From Acidobacteriota bacterium (GTDB lineage Bacteria > Acidobacteriota > UBA6911 > RPQK01 > JAJDTT01), in contig CBDCJH010000002.1 of assembly GCA_965217775.1 (NCBI GenBank), positions 4,864,001 through 4,928,000 of the forward strand: DNA of 64,000 nt, in the 5' to 3' direction. Of the stretch, positions 52,400 through 62,871 are shown one piece after another (within the stretch, counting starts at the first letter, position 1; the number at the start of each line of letters is the position of its first letter). The notes beneath the pieces are model-generated. The model had not been told where the DNA came from, made no database searches, and saw only the letters and a list, made by a program, of their open reading frames with translations. A program made the position numbers and the translations under genes.

Positions 52400-53664
52400 T
52401 CGCCTTCTCTGCGCCGGGACACTGTCTTCCGATCGAGATGTCTCCGGGAAAATTCGAAGACCGATTCCATTTCTCTTCCGATGGCCAACAGGTCCGCCTC
52501 CCGATTCGGAGGCGCCACCAACTGGAGGCCCAGGGGAAGTCCCGACTGAGAGAGGCAATAGGGCAGAGTCAGCGTGGGCAGCCCCGTATAGGTCCAGATC
52601 AGGCTGAAGCGAGGATCTCCCGTGGCCTCGATTCCGGCCGGCGCGCCTCCCGGCGCCGATGGACACAAGAGCACATGGAAATCAGCGAAAAGACGTTCAA
52701 CCTCCTCCCGGACACGCTTCCGGTGGCGCTGGATCCGCTCCAATTCCGCCGTTTCGATCCTCGCGCCTCTCTGAATCAGGGCGCTCAGCTTCGGAGGATA
52801 GGACTCTCCATAGTCCCGGAACAGGCTGCGGTGCACCACCGAGCCTTCAGCTTCCACCAGCGTCCAGTGGTTGTCGAAAGCCTCCTCGCAGCAGGAAGGC
52901 AGTTCGGCGGAAGAAGGCCGGAAATCCCCCGATTCCAGCCGGCGTCCCGCCTGCTCCAAGGCCGAGAGCATCTCCGTGTCGGCCGCTGCCACCAGAAGAT
53001 CGGGAAGCAGTCCGACCCGAACCGGCGATACCGCCGGCGCCGGCGACTCGCCCGTGAAAGCCAGGTATGCCGCCTGGCCGTCGGAAACATCAGCCGTGAA
53101 GAACCCGAGGCTGTCGAAGCTGGGAGCGAAGGGGAAGACTCCTTGGATGGGAATCCGGCCGTAGGACGGCTTCAACCCCACCACGCCGCAATAGCTGGCA
53201 GGCCGGTTGACGGACGCAACCGTCTGACTTCCCAACCCCAAGCGGATCATCCCGCACGCGACGGCGGCTGCCGAGCCGCTGCTGGAGCCGCCCGGAGTGT
53301 GATCGGGGTTCCAGGGATTCCGGGTGGGTCCGGGATCGAAGAAGGCGAAGGTGGTGGTCACCGTCTTGCTGAGCACGAAGGCGCCGCGCGCTCGGAGCGC
53401 TTCGACCACGGCGGCGTCTCGGGAGGCGGGGCGCCAGGGAATGAAATCGGCGTTGGAGCGCGTTGCCATGCCCTCCACGTCCACGATGTCCTTCACTCCC
53501 AGGGACCATCCCGCCAGCGGGCCCGATCCGGCCTCGGAGAAGCGCCTTCGGGCGGCCGCCTCATTCCAATCCACCAAGGCCCGCACCCGCGGCTCCCAGA
53601 ACCGAACCGCCTCCAGCCGGGATTCAAACTCCTTCGGATCGCTTCCCAGAGTCATGACACTCAC
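52396..53664 (-). CDS. Amidase signature family protein
   Basis: GVKD, TRNPWN..HTPGGSSSGSAAAVA, GSQTVASVNRPASYCG, GLPLGLQL. Confidence 0.93.
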   Translation of the reverse strand: MSVMTLGSDPKEFESRLEAVRFWEPRVRALVDWNEAAARRRFSEAGSGPLAGWSLGVKDIVDVEGMATRSNADFIPWRPASRDAAVVEALRARGAFVLSKTVTTTFAFFDPGPTRNPWNPDHTPGGSSSGSAAAVACGMIRLGLGSQTVASVNRPASYCGVVGLKPSYGRIPIQGVFPFAPSFDSLGFFTADVSDGQAAYLAFTGESPAPAVSPVRVGLLPDLLVAAADTEMLSALEQAGRRLESGDFRPSSAELPSCCEEAFDNHWTLVEAEGSVVHRSLFRDYGESYPPKLSALIQRGARIETAELERIQRHRKRVREEVERLFADFHVLLCPSAPGGAPAGIEATGDPRFSLIWTYTGLPTLTLPYCLSQSGLPLGLQLVAPPNREADLLAIGREMESVFEFSRRHLDRKTVSRRREGE

Positions 53665-53740
53665 TCCAGTCGAATTTTTTGTCGAAATCCGCGCTTCAGC
53701 TTCAGCCGTTCAGTATGCCCGGGAGCCCCCACCTGCGCTA

Positions 53741-54742
53741 CTACCGTCTGTTCTTATGAGAGGCGGGTGACTCCCCTCCGGACCGAATCGCTTCCACCAG
53801 CCAGGAGTCCAGCATCAGTTGGCCGACATGGTAGAGCACACAGGGAATGGGCACGAGGCCGAAGCCGGGCAGGAACTCGGCGGAGACGTACAGGGCCGCC
53901 GGCAGGGTCTTCTGGGAACCGCAGAAGAGGAGCGCCGTCCGGTCTTCCCGATTCCACCCCAAGACCCGGCCCAGACTCCAGCAGAGTGCCGCAGCGGCGC
54001 CATGAACCGCAACGGTGACCAGGCTGACGGCGGCCAACTCCCAACCGGACATCTCCCCCCGTCCCGATTCCACGTCGGTGACTCCGGAGACGACGGCGCC
54101 GGACACGGCCAACAGGATCAGGAGACGGGAGGCGTGGGACAGAGTCCTGGCCTGTCGATGCACGATTCGAACCACGGGGCCGGCCAGACGCAGGCCCTGA
54201 CCCAGCGCCAATGGAGCCAGCACCACCAGTGCGAATCCCCCCATCATCTCTTCCAGGCTCAGTGTCATGAAGGTCCCGATGGTCAGGAACAGGATCAGCG
54301 GGGTGAGGAGAAACCCCAGACCATTGCTGGCCACCACCATCACCAGGGCCAGGGCGGCGTTGCCCCGTGCCATGCGGGTCCAGATGATGCTGGAGGCCAA
54401 GGTGGTGGGCATGGCGCTGATCACCAGGATGCCCAGGGCCAGGCTCGGGCTGGTCTCCAGCAGGAGCCTGGATGCACCGAAACCAAGGATCGCCACAACC
54501 GCATAGCCGATGAGCACCCCGGAGAGGACCCGTCCCGGCCCGCGCAGGGAGTTGAGGATCCTGCGTCCGTCCAGAGTCAGGCCGTTGATCAGCATGACCG
54601 CGGCCACGTTCCAGCCCGGATCCACGAACCTATGAAGCGGACGCAAAAGCTGCGGCCAATAGATGGGAGCGGCGACGGCAAACGCCAGCGCCAGCAGGAA
54701 CCAGTGTCTGGCCAGGAAGGGTGAAGCGGCCCAGCTACCCAC
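53741..54742 (-). CDS. Bile acid:sodium symporter (SBF-like) membrane protein
   Basis: Many TM segments, PTTLASSIIWT..ARGN, FCGSQKTL, YHVGQL; GTG start at 54742 inferred. Confidence 0.85.
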   Translation of the reverse strand: MGSWAASPFLARHWFLLALAFAVAAPIYWPQLLRPLHRFVDPGWNVAAVMLINGLTLDGRRILNSLRGPGRVLSGVLIGYAVVAILGFGASRLLLETSPSLALGILVISAMPTTLASSIIWTRMARGNAALALVMVVASNGLGFLLTPLILFLTIGTFMTLSLEEMMGGFALVVLAPLALGQGLRLAGPVVRIVHRQARTLSHASRLLILLAVSGAVVSGVTDVESGRGEMSGWELAAVSLVTVAVHGAAAALCWSLGRVLGWNREDRTALLFCGSQKTLPAALYVSAEFLPGFGLVPIPCVLYHVGQLMLDSWLVEAIRSGGESPASHKNRR

Positions 54743-55874
54743 CCAGATAGAGTTCCGTCGGATGGGAATTGAGCTGCTGAGGACCGCTTTCCGTGAGCCA
54801 GTAGGTGTTCTCGATCCGGAGGCCGCCCTGCAGCTCCGGGTTGTAGAAGCCGGGCTCGATGGAGATGACGTCGCCGAGTCGAAGAACGTGATGACTGTCG
54901 GGGACCAGGCGCGGGTTCTCGTGCCCCCCCATCCCGACACCGTGCCCCAGGTGGTGCCAGAAGGTGCCGGCGGAAAGCGGGTCCCGCTCCAGGAACGCCC
55001 GGATCGCCTGATACGCCTCCCGGGCGGGGCGGCCCGGTTCCAGCAGGCTCTCGGCCAGTTCCAGCGCCGCCGTCACGATCTCCCAACCCCGCTGCTGCAG
55101 GTCCGAGGGGGGACCGACGGTGAGGCTTCTGCAGAGATCTGCGCCATATCCCCAGCACTCGGGAAAGAGATCGTAGGGGCTGAGGTCCCCCGCCTCCAAC
55201 CTCCGGTCGATGGGTGGCCCTCCACTGCCGGTGCTTCGCGGTCCCGTGGCAAAATCGCCGCCGACCCTGATGGGCTCTCCGGCATTTCCGATCATGGCGG
55301 AAACGATCTCGATGTAGATCTCGAGCTCCGAGCGGCCCGGCGACAGAACCTCCCGCGCTCTGACGTAGCCCGCCTCTGCGACCCCGGCGACTCGTTTCAA
55401 AACTTCGATCTCGTCCGGGTCCCTCCGGCGTCTCAGATCGTCCAGCTCCGGAGAGACGTCCCGCACCCGCGAAGCCGGGAAGAGGTCCCCCAACAGTTCC
55501 AACACCAACCCGTTCGACGCCTCCTTGTCGGTCCCGATGCAGGGGGCCGATCGGCCTTTGAGCCTGGGCGCCAGAGCTTCCACGGCTTCCATCCAGGGCC
55601 GGTCCAGGACCCGCTTGGGCGAATAGCTCTCGAAGGGCACCACCTCGGCTCGGGCCGGGGCCTGCTGGGAGTCGGTGGCGAGCAGAGGAGTCCCCCGGCG
55701 TTCGATCCAGAGGAGGACCGGATGGCCGGGATCGACCACCACGGACTGGAGATGACGGACGTTTCTCGAGTCGGTGAGAAGGAGCGCATCCCATTTCCGC
55801 TCCTCCATCATCCGCCGGACCCGTCCCAGACGTCCGATGCAACCCTCTGTTGTCAGCATGGTTTGGAGCGCCAC
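54735..55874 (-). CDS. Xaa-Pro peptidase (M24) family protein
   Basis: DEIEVLK, YDL....GYGADLCRS, HHLGHGVG...HENP, IEPGFY, GLRIEN. Confidence 0.88.
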   Translation of the reverse strand: MALQTMLTTEGCIGRLGRVRRMMEERKWDALLLTDSRNVRHLQSVVVDPGHPVLLWIERRGTPLLATDSQQAPARAEVVPFESYSPKRVLDRPWMEAVEALAPRLKGRSAPCIGTDKEASNGLVLELLGDLFPASRVRDVSPELDDLRRRRDPDEIEVLKRVAGVAEAGYVRAREVLSPGRSELEIYIEIVSAMIGNAGEPIRVGGDFATGPRSTGSGGPPIDRRLEAGDLSPYDLFPECWGYGADLCRSLTVGPPSDLQQRGWEIVTAALELAESLLEPGRPAREAYQAIRAFLERDPLSAGTFWHHLGHGVGMGGHENPRLVPDSHHVLRLGDVISIEPGFYNPELQGGLRIENTYWLTESGPQQLNSHPTELYLGG

Positions 55875-55883
55875 ATTGTATAG

Positions 55884-55915
55884 CAGCCCGTGGCAAAAGT
55901 CGTCGCGGCATCCGG
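55884..55915 (+). mobile_element. MITE family A copy 5 (left end only)
   Basis: cagcccgtggcaaaagtcgtcgcggcat identical to the left end of copy 2. Confidence 0.7.
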
Positions 55916-55974
55916 CCCGTGGTCCGGCTTTCCCGTCCCGCCCGCCGAGCCGTCATCCGGCCGCGTTTTGTTCT

Positions 55975-56014
55975 GCTTTGGACCGAGGAGGGTGCCCACA
56001 AGGGGCACCCCTAC
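55975..56014 (-). repeat. GTAG-type REP palindrome
   Basis: Reverse complement gtaggggtgccccttgtgggcaccctcctcggtccaaa; matches 4149-4188 including the tail. Confidence 0.68.
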
Positions 56015-56051
56015 CAAATATTTTTCGTCCATTATAGACTCGGCTGCCATT

Positions 56052-57188
56052 ATGCTTGAGAGAATGGTTGCGGTTCGCAAGATGCGGCCCGGGAAAGGCT
56101 TCGATGTCGTGGAGGTCCCGCTTCCGGAACTGGCGCGGGACGAGGTCCTGGTCGGAGTCGAGGCGGCCAGCATCTGCGGGACGGATCTCCACATCTGGAA
56201 CTGGGACGACTGGAGCGCGCAACGAATCCGGCCTCCATTGACCCTGGGGCACGAGTTCTCGGGAACCGTCGTGGACGTGGGAAAGGCGGTGAGCCGGGTG
56301 CGGGTGGGGGACTACGTCTCCGCGGAGAGCCACATCACCTGCGGAATGTGTTTCCAGTGCCGGACCGGCCAGGCCCACATGTGCCCCTCGACCCGAATCC
56401 TCGGCATCGCCAGGGACGGGGCGTTTGCGGAATACGTGGCGGTTCCGGAGAAGGTGATCTGGCAGAACGACCGATCCAAATTGTCTCCCGAGGTCGCCAG
56501 CTTGCAGGAACCTTTCGGCAACGCCGTCTTCGCCACCAATGCCCATGACCTGTCGGGCCAGAGCGTCGCCATACTCGGCTGCGGCGCCATCGGCCTGTTT
56601 TCCGTCGGCATTGCCCGGGCCTCGGGTGCGGCCCGTATCTTGGCCGTCGACCTGAACGACTATCGTTTGGGCCTGGCCCGAAAAATGGGAGCTCACCAGG
56701 TCCTTAACGCGGCCGAGGGCGGCGGCTCTTTGGAGACCGCCGATTGGCTGGTCCGGAACAACGGCGGCCTGGGCGTCGACATCGTCCTGGAGATGAGCGG
56801 GGCTCCGTCGGCCATCGACGCCGCCTTTCGCGGCGTTCGGAACGGCGGCCGGGTCACCTTGTTCGGGATTCCCTCGAATCCGGTGCAGATCGACGTCGCG
56901 GAACAGATGATCTTCAAGAACCTGACGGTTCTGGCACTCCACGGCCGCCGTATCTTCGATACCTGGTACCGGACCCGATGGCTGCTGGAAAGCGGGGTCG
57001 TGGACCTCAGGCCGCTCATCACGCGGCAGTTGGGGCTGCAGGACATCCACCAGGCCATGGAACTGCTGGCCAGCGGAGAAGCCTGCAAGATCATCCTGCG
57101 TCCCGGCGCCGATTACTCCGACTTCACCGGCAACTCGGTCCCCGAGACGTCCGGGACGTCCGCCGCGAGGGGTGCGATTCATCGGTAG
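56052..57188 (+). CDS. tdh: L-threonine 3-dehydrogenase
   Basis: [47 protein letters not shown]; adjacent to kbl. Confidence 0.93.
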   Translation: MLERMVAVRKMRPGKGFDVVEVPLPELARDEVLVGVEAASICGTDLHIWNWDDWSAQRIRPPLTLGHEFSGTVVDVGKAVSRVRVGDYVSAESHITCGMCFQCRTGQAHMCPSTRILGIARDGAFAEYVAVPEKVIWQNDRSKLSPEVASLQEPFGNAVFATNAHDLSGQSVAILGCGAIGLFSVGIARASGAARILAVDLNDYRLGLARKMGAHQVLNAAEGGGSLETADWLVRNNGGLGVDIVLEMSGAPSAIDAAFRGVRNGGRVTLFGIPSNPVQIDVAEQMIFKNLTVLALHGRRIFDTWYRTRWLLESGVVDLRPLITRQLGLQDIHQAMELLASGEACKIILRPGADYSDFTGNSVPETSGTSAARGAIHR

Positions 57189-57211
57189 CTTCCCCTTCAG
57201 TTGGAGAACCC

Positions 57212-58404
<1,193 letters not shown>

Positions 58405-58405
<1 letters not shown>

Positions 58406-59160
58406 TGGCTCTCGAACTGGAGGGAAGGGTCGCACTGATCACGGGCGCCGCCCAGGGCATGGGCAGGGCGGTGGCGGAGAGAATGGCCGCCGCGGGCGCT
58501 CGCCTGGTGCTCAACGACCGGAATCCCCAGACGCTTCGGGCGGCGGTCAGAGCCATGGAGGGGAAGGCTGCCGAGTTGGAGCCCGTGGCCGGCGACGTCT
58601 CTTCCGGCCGCGACGTGGCCCGCATGGTGGAGCAGGCGCTGGAACGCTTCGGCGCCGTCCACATCCTGGTCAACAACGCCGGTGTCCTGAGGCCGACTCC
58701 GGTCATCGAGATCGAAGAGGAGGAATGGGACTGGGTTTTGAACGTCAACCTCAAGGGCACCTACCTCTGCTCGCGGGCGGTGCTGCCCGCCATGCGCCGG
58801 GAAGGATGGGGACGGATCGTCAACTTCTCGTCCACGGCGGGCAAGAACGTCAGCACCCTTGGCGGGGCCCATTACACGGCCTCCAAAGCCGGCGTGCTGG
58901 GATTCACCCGGCACCTGGCCAAGGAAGAGGCTCGGCACGGGATTACGGTCAACGCGGTCTGTCCCGGACTCATCGACACCGAGATGGTGCGGGACACCAT
59001 CGACTCGGAGCGGATGCGATCCTACGCCCGGAGTTTCCCCGTCTCCCGTCTTGGGAAGCCCGGCGAGGTCGCCGAGCTGGTGGTCTTCCTGGCCTCGGAT
59101 CGAGCGGCCTACATCACCGGGGCTTCACTGGACATCAACGGGGGAGACCTGATGATCTGA
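58405..59160 (+). CDS. SDR family oxidoreductase
   Basis: TGAAQGMG, LVNNAG, YTASK, NAVCPG, ITGASLDINGG. Confidence 0.93.
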
Positions 59161-59176
59161 TTTCTGGAGACTCGAA

Positions 59177-60172
59177 ATGAAGATGACCTGGGAGCAAAGA
59201 GACTACGATCTGGAATTCTTTCACCGGGAACTGGATTCGTTCCTTCCCGACACGATCTTCGACGCCCACGCCCACCTCTACGAGTTGGGGCACTGGAAAG
59301 TCCGGACGGCCCTGGCCGCCGGTCCCGAAAAGGCGACCCTGGAGGTGTTTCAGGAACAGATCCAGTGGATCACACCCGGCCGGGAGACCCACGGACTCTT
59401 CTTCGGAGGCGGCCTGTACGAGCGCACCTACCGGGCGTCCAATGAATTCCTGGCCGGGGAAGCCGCCAAGGATCCCAAGTCCCGGGGGCAGTTGATCGTC
59501 TCCCCCCGGCAGGATCCGGAGGAAGTGCGGCAAGAAGTGCGGCGCCTCTCCATGGTGGGGCTCAAGGTCTATCATCTCTTCGTCGAAGACCGGCCCTCGT
59601 CCCACGACTCGGAGATCGAGGAGTTCCTGACCGAAGACCACGTGCGCATCGCCCATGAGGAAGGGCTCAGCGTCACGCTGCACATGGTCAAGCCCCGGGC
59701 CCTTGCGGACGCGGCGAACCAGGCCAGAATCCGAGACTACTGTGAGCGCTATCCCAACCTGCGGTTGATCCTGGCCCATGCCGGCCGGAGCTTCAATCCG
59801 CACCACACCATCGAGGGAATCCACTCGCTGAAGGGAATCCCCAACGTCTGGTTCGACACCTCGGCCGTCACCGAGGCCGGGGCCTTCGAGGCCATCGTGG
59901 ACACCTTCGGCCACGAACGGCTGCTCTGGGGATCCGACTATCCCATCAGTCATTTTCGAGGCCGCTGCGTCGGAATCGGAGACCAGTTCCTGTGGCTCTA
60001 TGAGGACACCCTCGACTGGAAACGGATCTCTCACGTCGAGATCCAACCCTATTTGGTCGGCATGGAGTCCCTGCGGGCTGTGAAGTTGGCCGCTACCCGG
60101 CTTCGTCTCACCGATACCCAGGTCGAGGACGTTTTCTGCAACAATGGGCGGAAGCTGTTTGACCTTGACTGA
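59177..60172 (+). CDS. Amidohydrolase_2 family protein
   Basis: DAHAH, GLKVY, LH, ILAHAG, WFDTS, LWGSDYP. Confidence 0.9.
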   Translation: MKMTWEQRDYDLEFFHRELDSFLPDTIFDAHAHLYELGHWKVRTALAAGPEKATLEVFQEQIQWITPGRETHGLFFGGGLYERTYRASNEFLAGEAAKDPKSRGQLIVSPRQDPEEVRQEVRRLSMVGLKVYHLFVEDRPSSHDSEIEEFLTEDHVRIAHEEGLSVTLHMVKPRALADAANQARIRDYCERYPNLRLILAHAGRSFNPHHTIEGIHSLKGIPNVWFDTSAVTEAGAFEAIVDTFGHERLLWGSDYPISHFRGRCVGIGDQFLWLYEDTLDWKRISHVEIQPYLVGMESLRAVKLAATRLRLTDTQVEDVFCNNGRKLFDLD

Positions 60173-60207
60173 GGACCGATCCCGTGCCGCCGACCGGCGA
60201 GTCTTGA

Positions 60208-60367
60208 CAGCCCGTGGCAAGAGTCGTCACGGCATTCGGCCGGGTCTGCATCGTGCGCAGAACGCATGGCTCCTCGGTCACATACTCCCGGTATGCTCCC
60301 TCAGAGCGCCTTGTCCGGCGGGCGCAGCCCCAGTCTCGGTGCTGCGCGGGACTTTCACCACGGACTG
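60208..60367 (+). mobile_element. MITE family A copy 4 (160 nt)
   Basis: cagcccgtggcaagagtc ... cacatactcccggtatgc ... gactttcaccacggactg. Confidence 0.85.
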
Positions 60368-60378
60368 TCAACGAGAGC

Positions 60379-60654
60379 ATGACCGACCGGGAGACTTTGG
60401 AGAAGCTGGAGGAACTGCTGGCGCGGCTGGGCATCGACCTGATTCGCGAACCGGGAGAGTTTTCAGGCGGCCTGTGTCGAATCGGAGAAGAGAATCGATT
60501 TATTCTGAACCAGGCGCTGCCTTTGCCGCAGCAAATCGGAATCCTCTGCCGCGACCTCTCGGCCGTGGACCTCTCCGGGGTCTACGTTCTGCCCGTCCTG
60601 CGGGAGATGATCCGGGCCGCCACTCGGGCAGGTCCCTCTCTTGACCGTCCCTAA
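60379..60654 (+). CDS. Small hypothetical protein (ImmA/IrrE-like N-terminal pattern, no HExxH)
   Basis: MTDRETLEKLEELLARLGIDLIRE.GEFSGGLCRI...FILN...L; coding-like composition. Confidence 0.7.
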   Translation: MTDRETLEKLEELLARLGIDLIREPGEFSGGLCRIGEENRFILNQALPLPQQIGILCRDLSAVDLSGVYVLPVLREMIRAATRAGPSLDRP

Positions 60655-60690
60655 TCGTGGGACCGGGCGCCGCGCCGAAGGGAGATCATA

Positions 60691-61446
60691 GTGAAAATGC
60701 GACCGAACAGGATAAAACAGAAGCTGGCCGCCGGCGAAACCGCGTATGTGATCGGAGGGCTGGGAAGCCCTGACGAGATCGATCAATTCGGGACCGTCGG
60801 TTTCGACGGGGTCTGGCTGGAGGCCGAGCACGGTTCGGTGGACTTCGCGGACATTCCCGACCTCACCCGGGCGTGCGATATCTGGGGGATGACCTCGATC
60901 CTGCGGGTCAACCAGAACCTTCAGTCCATCATCTACCGGGGGCTGGACCGGGGCGTCCAGGGAATCGTCGTTCCCCACGTCAACACCCGGGAAGAAGCCG
61001 AGAACGTGGTCCAGGGTGGGAAGTTCGCGCCCATCGGCCAGCGGGGACTCTATATGAGCCGTCAAGGCTACAGCGTCCCCAACTACTACGACGTCGCCAA
61101 CGACCACATCCTGCTCATGGTGCTGATCGAGGATATTGTGGCCGTGCGGAATCTGGACGAGATCCTGGAGGTGGACCACATCGACGTCTTCTTCGTGGCT
61201 CCCAGTGATCTGGCGGCATCCATGGGTCTGATCGGACAGCTCGGCCATCCCAAGGTCCAGGAGACCATCGACTACGCCCTGGCGCGAATCCAGCAGGGCG
61301 GGCGGGTCGCGGGCACCCTGGCCATGAACGACACGATCGCCCGCTACGCCGCCGCGGGCGCCCGCCTGTTCCTGACCGTGCCCTCCCCTTGGATTCAGGC
61401 GGGCGCCAGGGAATTCATGCGGCGCGGCGCGCCTCCATCATCGTAA
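60691..61446 (+). CDS. HpcH/HpaI aldolase family protein
   Basis: GFDGVWLEAEHG, LDRGVQGIVVPHV, LIED, FFVAPSDLAASMG. Confidence 0.92.
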   Translation: MKMRPNRIKQKLAAGETAYVIGGLGSPDEIDQFGTVGFDGVWLEAEHGSVDFADIPDLTRACDIWGMTSILRVNQNLQSIIYRGLDRGVQGIVVPHVNTREEAENVVQGGKFAPIGQRGLYMSRQGYSVPNYYDVANDHILLMVLIEDIVAVRNLDEILEVDHIDVFFVAPSDLAASMGLIGQLGHPKVQETIDYALARIQQGGRVAGTLAMNDTIARYAAAGARLFLTVPSPWIQAGAREFMRRGAPPSS

Positions 61447-61493
61447 AAGGGCGAACCAGGCAAAGTCGTCCGGTGGAGCCGGCCCCAATCGTC

Positions 61494-61499
61494 TATCAT
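61494..61499 (+). promoter_or_regulatory. Putative -10 box (TATCAT) of SRP RNA
   Basis: TATCAT 6 nt upstream of the predicted 5' end. Confidence 0.45.
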
Positions 61500-61505
61500 G
61501 GGGCG

Positions 61506-61793
61506 GCCGTGCTAGGCGGGGTGTTAGCGGTACCCTGATTCCCTGACAGCCAGGGAGGACTCGCAATCCGCTGGAGCGAGGCTGACGACTCCGCTGAGGG
61601 TTGCCCCCGGTGAGTCACTCCGTCCCGTGGGACGGTGTCGAACGTGGGGTCCTCCACAACGGGCGCCCGTGAACTTGGTCAGGTCCGGAAGGAAGCAGCC
61701 ATAAGCGGGAAAGCGTGTGTGTCGGAGGGGAGCTCGACGGGAGCCGGTTCGCGGTCCGGACCTCGCCGGAAGACTCGAAGCGGAGTGCACGGC
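61506..61793 (+). ncRNA. ffs: Large (Alu-containing) bacterial SRP RNA
   Basis: Helix 8 motif ggtcaggtccggaaggaagcagcc; 5' gccgtgctaggcgggg..tagcggtaccctg...gcaatccgct resembles the Bacillus scRNA Alu domain; 5' gccgtgc pairs with 3' gcacggc. Confidence 0.93.
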
Positions 61794-61796
61794 AAG

Positions 61797-61899
61797 CTAG
61801 GAGTCTGCGCGGTAGAAATGATCGTAGCGAGAAAGTGGGGAATCTGGACCGATTCTACCGCTTTCGCAGTAGATCAATTTCTGCGGCGCAGGCTCCTAG
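61797..61899. mobile_element. MITE family C (103 nt, CTAG-bounded)
   Basis: ctaggagtctgcgcggtagaaatgatc ... gatcaatttctgcggcgcaggctcctag imperfect TIR; collapsed relative at 41183. Confidence 0.75.
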
Positions 61900-62798
61900 T
61901 CGAAGAGGAATTTGGAGACCCGCCAATTGTGGATCTCGGCCACATAGAGTTCCCCCTTCTTGCCCAACGTCAAATGGTGGGCGAGGGCGAACTGGCCGGG
62001 AGCCCTTCCCTCTTGGCCGAAAGAACCCAGGACCCTGCCGTCCAGGTCCAGCTTCAGCACCCGGCTGTTGTAGCCGTCGCACATGTAGAGCAGCCCGTCC
62101 GACCCCATGAACAACCCCCAGGGAGAGCCCAGGTGAGTCCACTGGGTGAGAAAGCGCCCTTCGGAATCGAATATCTGGACCCGATGATTTTCGCGGTCCC
62201 CCACGTAGACCTGGCCCTGCCCGTCCACCGCCAGAGCGTGGGGCGCATTGAACTCGCCGGGCCCCTTTCCTTGCTTCCCCCACGCCGTCAAGTACGCTCC
62301 ACGAGCCGTGAATTTGACGATGCGCGAGTTGCCGTAACCGTCCGACACGTAGGCGTTTCCCGAAGGTCCGAAGGCCACATGGGTGGGCATGTTGAACTGA
62401 TTCTCGCTCTCCCCCGGCGTGTCCTTCTGTCCCAACACCATTAGGATGCGTCCCCTGGAGTTGAACTTGACCACGACGTGAGACCCAATGTCCGTCACCC
62501 AGATGTTGTCGTCAGCATCGACGGCCAGACCATGAGACTCGGTGAGGAGACCCCGGCCCCAGGTCCGAAGGTACTTGCCACTGGCGTCGAAGCAGAGGAC
62601 GGGATCCGGCCCCCGGTTGTAAACGTACACGTTGTTGGCGGAATCCACACCAACCCCGGTAGTGATGCCGAAGTTCACGCCTTCCGGGAGCTGAGGCCAA
62701 TCGGCAACGTACCGGAGCGACAACTTGGGAAAATCGGCCGCCGGGGCCGAAAGCGACGTCGCCAGGAATGCCAGGAGGAATATTTTCAGGGAATCCAT
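61896..62798 (-). CDS. Secreted NHL-repeat protein (peptidyl-alpha-hydroxyglycine lyase-like)
   Basis: Signal peptide, HGLAVD..DNIWVTD, SDGYGNSRIVKF, PHALAVD, DRENHRVQIF. Confidence 0.9.
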   Translation of the reverse strand: MDSLKIFLLAFLATSLSAPAADFPKLSLRYVADWPQLPEGVNFGITTGVGVDSANNVYVYNRGPDPVLCFDASGKYLRTWGRGLLTESHGLAVDADDNIWVTDIGSHVVVKFNSRGRILMVLGQKDTPGESENQFNMPTHVAFGPSGNAYVSDGYGNSRIVKFTARGAYLTAWGKQGKGPGEFNAPHALAVDGQGQVYVGDRENHRVQIFDSEGRFLTQWTHLGSPWGLFMGSDGLLYMCDGYNSRVLKLDLDGRVLGSFGQEGRAPGQFALAHHLTLGKKGELYVAEIHNWRVSKFLFD

Positions 62799-62871
62799 GA
62801 GTTTTCCTCAATGATTCGGAACAGAACGGTTGGGTGCCGTTATGCTATCACAGTGCCAAATGGTTCTTTCC

